In this document: positions 61,410-64,000 of the stretch, one piece after another
Numbering within the stretch: position 1 is the first letter of the stretch
How the letters are laid out: every line of letters begins with the position of its first letter
Assembly: GCA_038087875.1 (NCBI GenBank)
Contig: CM075998.1
Location: 4,652,001 to 4,716,000, forward strand
Source of the DNA: Malacoraja senta
Lineage: Eukaryota
Direction: 5' to 3'
Length of the DNA stretch: 64,000 nt
Position numbers and translations under genes: made by a program
Notes under the pieces: generated by a model
What the model saw: the letters and a program-made list of their open reading frames with translations, nothing else
Told to the model about the DNA's origin: nothing
The model's database searches: none

Positions 61410-64000
61410 CTGGCTTGTGAGTACTACAGCACCCGTACCAAAATCCCGAGGGAGCTGGGCAGAACAGCCCCCTGGATCACCACTCCGGAGGGTAGGAGAC
61501 GGAGCAAGCGCCGGGAGCGAAAGCAGAAACGTGGAAAGCGAGCGGGGGTGCAGGACAGGCCACGGAGGGCTCCACAAAGACCATCGCTACCAAGCGTATT
61601 CCTCGCGAATGTCCGGTCACTCACCAACAAGATGGATGAGGTAAGGCTCTGGATCAACACCCAGCGATCCCTGGAAGACTGCTGTGTGCTGATCTTCACA
61701 GAGACCTGTCTCAGCGTGCTGGTTCCCGATGGGGCTGTGGACCTGACCAACCGGTCACTGCATCGTGCTGATAGAACAAAGGACTCCGGTAAGAGCAAGG
61801 GTGGCGGGCTCTGCATCTACATCAACAATGACTGGTGCACCAACCACACTGCAGTAGAGAGCTACTGTTCCCCAGACCTGGAATACCTACTGCTTAAATG
61901 TAGGCCGTTTTACCTGCCTCGGGAGTTTACTGTGGTTATCATCATGGCCATATACATCCCACCACAGGCTAATGCTAACCTAGCACAAGCACAGCTGCAC
62001 TCGGCCATCAGTAAGCAGCAGGATGCTCACCCCGACGGTGCCTTCATTGTTGCAGGGCACTTTAACCAGGTCGACCTACGAGCCACACTCCGCAAATTCC
62101 ACCAGCATGTGCAGTGCCCTACCAGGGGCTCAAATACGCTGGATAAAGTGTACACCAACATCAAGGACGCATACAGAGCTCTCCCCCGCCCATCCCTGGG
62201 ACGATCCGATCACCTCTCACTGTTTCTACTGCCTGCATACAAACCCCTCATCCGCAAGACCAAACCTGCAATAAGGACGGTCAAAATATGGCACGAGGAC
62301 GCCACCCTACAACTCCAGGAGGGTGCTTTGATCGCACCAACTGGGACCTGGTTGCACAACAGGCTACCAGTGGTACAGAGGTAGACTTGGAGGAGTACAC
62401 ATCCACTGTGCTCTCCTACATCAATTGCTGTGTGGAGACTGTCACAGTGGACAAGAAAATAAAGATGTTCCCAAACCGGAAACCCTGGATGAACAAGGAG
62501 ATTCAGGATATGCTAAGGGCACGCAACTATGCCTTTAAATCCAGGGACACTTCTGCTTACAGTGCGGCCAGGTCGAACCTGAACAGAGGCATAAAAAAGG
62601 CCAAAGACATCCACAGGCAAAGGGTAGAAGACCACTTCAACACCGCGGACACCAGAAGCATGTAGCAGGGTGTCAGGAACATCACCGACTACAAGAGCAG
62701 CCCCGCCTGCCCCCACGGTGATATCACACTGGCCAACGAACTAAACACCTTCTTTGCCCGGTTTGAAACTGGCAACACCACCAGGAGTGGAATAACCCCG
62801 GCCATGGCGGAGGGACAGGCCTTAACACTGAGCACCCAGGAGGTACTGTGCGCTCTGCGTAGGATCAATCCACGCAAGGCTGCAGGCCCGGATGGAGTCC
62901 AGCGAAGGGTAGTAAAGGACTGTGCTGTACAGCTGGCGGAGGTATTCACGAGAATCTTCAATCTGTCTCTATCCCTGGCAACGGTCCCCAAGTGCCTGAA
63001 AACAGCCACCATAGTGCCGGTGCCGAAAAAGTCCAAAGTCACCAACCTGAACGACTACCGCCCGGTTGCTCTAACTCCAATCCCAATGAAGTGCTTTGAA
63101 AGGCTGGTCCTCTCCCATATCAAATCCAGCATCCCTGCCTCACTGGACTCCCATCAATTTGCATACAGGGCAAATAGATCAACAGAGGATGCCATCTCTC
63201 TGGCTCTTCACACTGTCCTGACTCACCTGGACAGACAGGGCACGTATGTGAGGATGCTCTTCATTGACTATAGCTCTGCATTCAATACAGTCATCCCCAC
63301 CAAGCTCACCACCAAACTCCACCAGCTAGGCCTCACCTCGCCGATATGCGATTGGATCCTGAACTTTCTGACGGAGCGACCGCAGGCAGTGAGACTGGGC
63401 CCGCACCTGTCCTCCACTATCACCCTGAGCACCGGCACACCACAGGGCTGTGCACTAAGCCCCATGCTCTACTTCCTCTTCACTCACGACTGTGTCCCTG
63501 CATTTGACACCAACACCATCGTGAAGTTTGCAGACGACACAACAGTGATTGGGCTGATCACCAACGGTGATGAAACAAAATACAGATCGGAGGTGCAGAA
63601 CCTGGCGGACTGGTGCGCTCATAACAATTTGTCACTAAACACCTCCAAGACCAAGGAGCTGATTAGTGACTTCAGGAGGTCCCATAATGGAGAATACGCC
63701 CCAATCTCCATTTACGGGGAAAGTGTGGAGAGAGTGTCCAGCTTTAAGTTTCTGGGCACTCACATTTCAGAGGACCTCACATGGTCCACCAACACCGCTG
63801 CGCTGGTCAAGAAGGCACAGCAATGACTGTTCTTCCTGAGGACATTAAAAAAGACTGGTCTGCCCCAACAGCTGCTGACAACGTTCTACCGCTGCACCAC
63901 AGAGAGCATATTAACGTATGGCATCTCTGTGTGGTATCTCAGCTGCACGGAGGGGGAGAGGAGAGCTCTTCAGCGCGTCGTTCACAGAGCGCAGAGGATC
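61410..64000 (+). mobile_element. Rex1/Babar-clade LINE (AP endonuclease plus RT), running off the window
   Basis: FLANVRSL, IFTET, KGGGLCIYIN, CRPFYLPREF, SDH; RT motifs NDYRPVALT, QFAYR, FIDYSSAFNT, PQG, KFADD. One frameshift near 62325 and stops at 62663 and 63824. Confidence 0.9.

Overview
This is vertebrate nuclear DNA, almost certainly from a cartilaginous fish. A skate or ray is the likely source, inferred from HE1-type V-SINEs, CR1 LINEs and the VDR sequence. Two protein-coding genes lie on the + strand: the last five coding exons of the vitamin D receptor (VDR ligand-binding domain, 1750-35672, with a 22-kb intron) and a complete two-exon SPRYD4 (57083-60304, 208 aa). Most of the rest is transposon-derived: CR1, Rex1/Babar, Tx1 and Penelope-like retroelements; V-, CORE- and Deu-type SINEs; and PIF/Harbinger-type MITEs. 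There is also a 2-kb (TC) microsatellite and a 34-bp minisatellite. The most notable signals are RNA-level. (1) A compact 54-nt HDV/CPEB3-like self-cleaving ribozyme forms the 5' end of a ~138-bp mini-retroelement lying antisense in SPRYD4 intron 1. (2) Minimal hammerhead-ribozyme cores recur in the abundant Penelope-derived repeats, and part of that core is amplified into an 18x tandem array just upstream of the SPRYD4 promoter. All calls come from reading the sequence by eye; no searches or folding programs were run.
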